A DNA stretch of 64,000 nucleotides from an uncultured Anaerolineales bacterium. Its GTDB lineage: Bacteria > Chloroflexota > Anaerolineae > Anaerolineales > UBA11858. The position numbers and the translations under genes are program-made. The stretch covers positions 12,187 through 76,186 of the forward strand of contig CAZRUS010000001.1 in NCBI GenBank assembly GCA_964603385.1. The letters run 5' to 3'. The notes under the pieces were generated by a model. That model was not told the DNA's origin. It made no database searches and saw only the letters and a program-made list of their open reading frames with translations. Each line of letters begins with the position of its first letter. Within the stretch, counting starts at the first letter, position 1. Shown piece by piece: positions 62,535 to 64,000 of this stretch.

Positions 62535-63584
62535 TCAGGGTCTCTGAAAGACCTGAGCCTGTTTGGCAGCGCGCGTTGCCAGGAGGAATAAAAGGGTCAT
62601 AATCACTGCAGAGCCCAGGCACCACAGGCAGCTGGCCCCGATAACAAAGGGTTCCAGAAAAGTCAGGTAGATGGAAAACAGCGTGCCGACCAGGGTGACC
62701 CCCCAGAGTGCAAAGCAGCTGGCTTTTTGCCAGCGCTGGGGACCGTAGGATTGCAGGGCCCAGGCGATTAGAACAGCCAGGTATCCCAGCACCCCAAGGA
62801 ATCCCATGGGGACGACCCCGAAGAGATACGCGTAAGGGCTCTGCTGCACAGTGTTGCATTTTCCTACCGGACCGCAGACAGCCTCTGTACTGGAAAATTC
62901 CACATAAGCCAGATAAGCTGCTACGCCGGTTCCAATCACAGCCAGCACTGGAATCAGCCAGCCGGATTGCCCGCTGGAACCAGGGTTGGCAGGTTTGCGG
63001 AGGTTAATCCCAACCCCGATGACAGCTGCCAGCATACCGATTAACACCAGCACGGAAAGGGAATTGGCTGCCAGGTCGGCTGTAAAACGCTCCCGAAGGG
63101 TAGTCCTGTGATTCAGCCCTCCACCAGGATCCGCTGCTGACTGCTCAGCGGCTGCTCTGGCTTCAGTCAGCCCGGGGAGATCCGGCCAATCGATCCCTCC
63201 CTGTTGAAGGCCTTCCTGAATGATCCCGGGAAATTTTTCCGGGATTTCCAATGAGCCCAACAGCAGCTGATCATCAACGACCATGGCGGGAACCCCCCGG
63301 TTCTCTGCCGGGACCTGAAATTGGTTCATGGCCGTATCAAAGAGCCGCCCCCCCTGCTCGGTGTAAGTGTCTACTCCAAAAATTTGCAGCTGGGTGCCGT
63401 ATTCCTCCACCAGGGGAGGGAGAACGTCGTTGATCACATCCAGGCAATGGGGACAGGAAGGGGAGTAAAACAACACCGCTCTGATGACCGGCTTATCTTC
63501 CTGGGCCTGAACCTGATTGCTCCCGGAGAAGAAACTGCTCAGGATTACCAGGGCGATCAGGAGGGTGTAAAAGGACTTTTTCAT
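62535..63584 (-). CDS. thioredoxin-like (DsbA-type CPHC) domain fused to vitamin K epoxide reductase (VKOR) membrane domain
   Basis: Signal/anchor, FYSPSCPHC, then TM domain with the loop CGPVGKC and CLWC motifs typical of bacterial VKOR. Start trimmed to ATG 63584 behind RBS GGAGG. Confidence 0.8.
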   Translation of the reverse strand: MKKSFYTLLIALVILSSFFSGSNQVQAQEDKPVIRAVLFYSPSCPHCLDVINDVLPPLVEEYGTQLQIFGVDTYTEQGGRLFDTAMNQFQVPAENRGVPAMVVDDQLLLGSLEIPEKFPGIIQEGLQQGGIDWPDLPGLTEARAAAEQSAADPGGGLNHRTTLRERFTADLAANSLSVLVLIGMLAAVIGVGINLRKPANPGSSGQSGWLIPVLAVIGTGVAAYLAYVEFSSTEAVCGPVGKCNTVQQSPYAYLFGVVPMGFLGVLGYLAVLIAWALQSYGPQRWQKASCFALWGVTLVGTLFSIYLTFLEPFVIGASCLWCLGSAVIMTLLFLLATRAAKQAQVFQRP

Positions 63585-63775
63585 GCCGCCTCCGCGATAG
63601 AACATGGATGCCAAACCCGTCGGGGGTCGGCTATCCCTGAATGTTTTTCCACCGCTCCATTATAGTACATTTAGTTTGTGAAGATAAGCACAAATTAATC
63701 TCCTGCTAAGGCCGGAAAGAGGGTGGGTTGAGACTGTTTGTCGATCCGGATGGTCATATCTGCCGGATTTAGCAG

Positions 63776-64000
63776 TCATCCACAGCGCCTTCCAGGATCG
63801 CTATGTGGGGACCGCTTAATGATCATCTCCCCAGCCAGGTAGTGCTGGGTCAGTGGGGGAGATGGTGCGGATGGCGAGGTCGGCTGCCCCTGCGGGGAAG
63901 CTGCATCAACCTGGAGATGGCTTTCGTTGGGGGGCTGACCGGGCAGGTCCTCCGCGGGAAGTTTCGTATAGGTATAGAGACCGCTGTGGATCAGGTACAG
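63776..64000 (-). CDS. possible 3' end of a gene whose 5' end lies beyond the window (unknown function)
   Basis: Minus-strand frame open from the window edge for 74 codons (...LYLIHSGLYTYTKLPAEDLPGQPPNE...) ending at TGA 63778-63776. It is Pro-rich with no recognisable motif and is not in the ORF track because it has no in-window start. Confidence 0.2.
   Translation of the reverse strand: MYLIHSGLYTYTKLPAEDLPGQPPNESHLQVDAASPQGQPTSPSAPSPPLTQHYLAGEMIIKRSPHSDPGRRCG

Noticed and set aside
1-64000. Searched for CRISPR arrays, rRNA, transposases/integrases, phage or defence-system genes and toxin-antitoxin pairs
   Set aside because: I saw no repeat-spacer periodicity, no rRNA-like conserved stretches, and no recombinase, transposase or nuclease-ATPase gene pairs. 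The window looks like core chromosome plus metabolic accessory operons.

Overview
64-kb chromosomal segment of a moderately GC-rich bacterium that looks anaerobic and appears to decode selenocysteine. The phylum cannot be fixed by eye; gene content looks Chloroflexota- or Desulfobacterota-like. I saw no rRNA, CRISPR array, integrase or transposase. There are about 55 genes and 3 tRNAs. Main blocks: (i) 10.0-26.9 kb, minus strand: a tightly coupled gene string. It starts with an acyl-CoA carboxylase (CT, BC, BCCP) and BioY. It continues into an atypical pfa-like (PUFA-synthase-type) secondary-lipid synthase: the PfaA module split over four ORFs, a KS-less PfaB/PfaC-like chimera, PfaD enoyl reductase and an Sfp-type PPTase. 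(ii) 47.2-56.1 kb, minus strand: a giant HdrA/NfnB-type fusion (HdrL-like), MvhD, MetV, MetF and fused HdrCB, i.e. a Wood-Ljungdahl-type methylene-THF reductase module. It is preceded by a consensus promoter and a structured leader of about 330 nt. (iii) 56.7-63.6 kb, minus strand: a thioredoxin/VKOR fusion followed by hypA-B-F-C-D-E, with no hydrogenase structural genes in the window. (iv) 29.7-33.5 kb, plus strand: three tandem paralogous Cys-rich lipoproteins of unknown family; the middle copy carries an in-frame TAA. The remainder is a sulfonate/nitrate-type ABC transporter, DtxR-FeoAB, serC-serA-DUF1015, ORF128-hisS-tRNA-His, tRNA-Pro, tRNA-Met, MutY, GH15, a GPH transporter and an SRAP/glycerate kinase/2-hydroxyacid dehydrogenase operon. 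Two genes (a peroxiredoxin-like redoxin and mvhD) are interrupted by an in-frame TGA exactly at the redox-active Cys position, each with a hairpin about 20 nt downstream. These are candidate selenoproteins that ORF callers truncate. All functional calls rest on motif recognition by eye; no database search was run.
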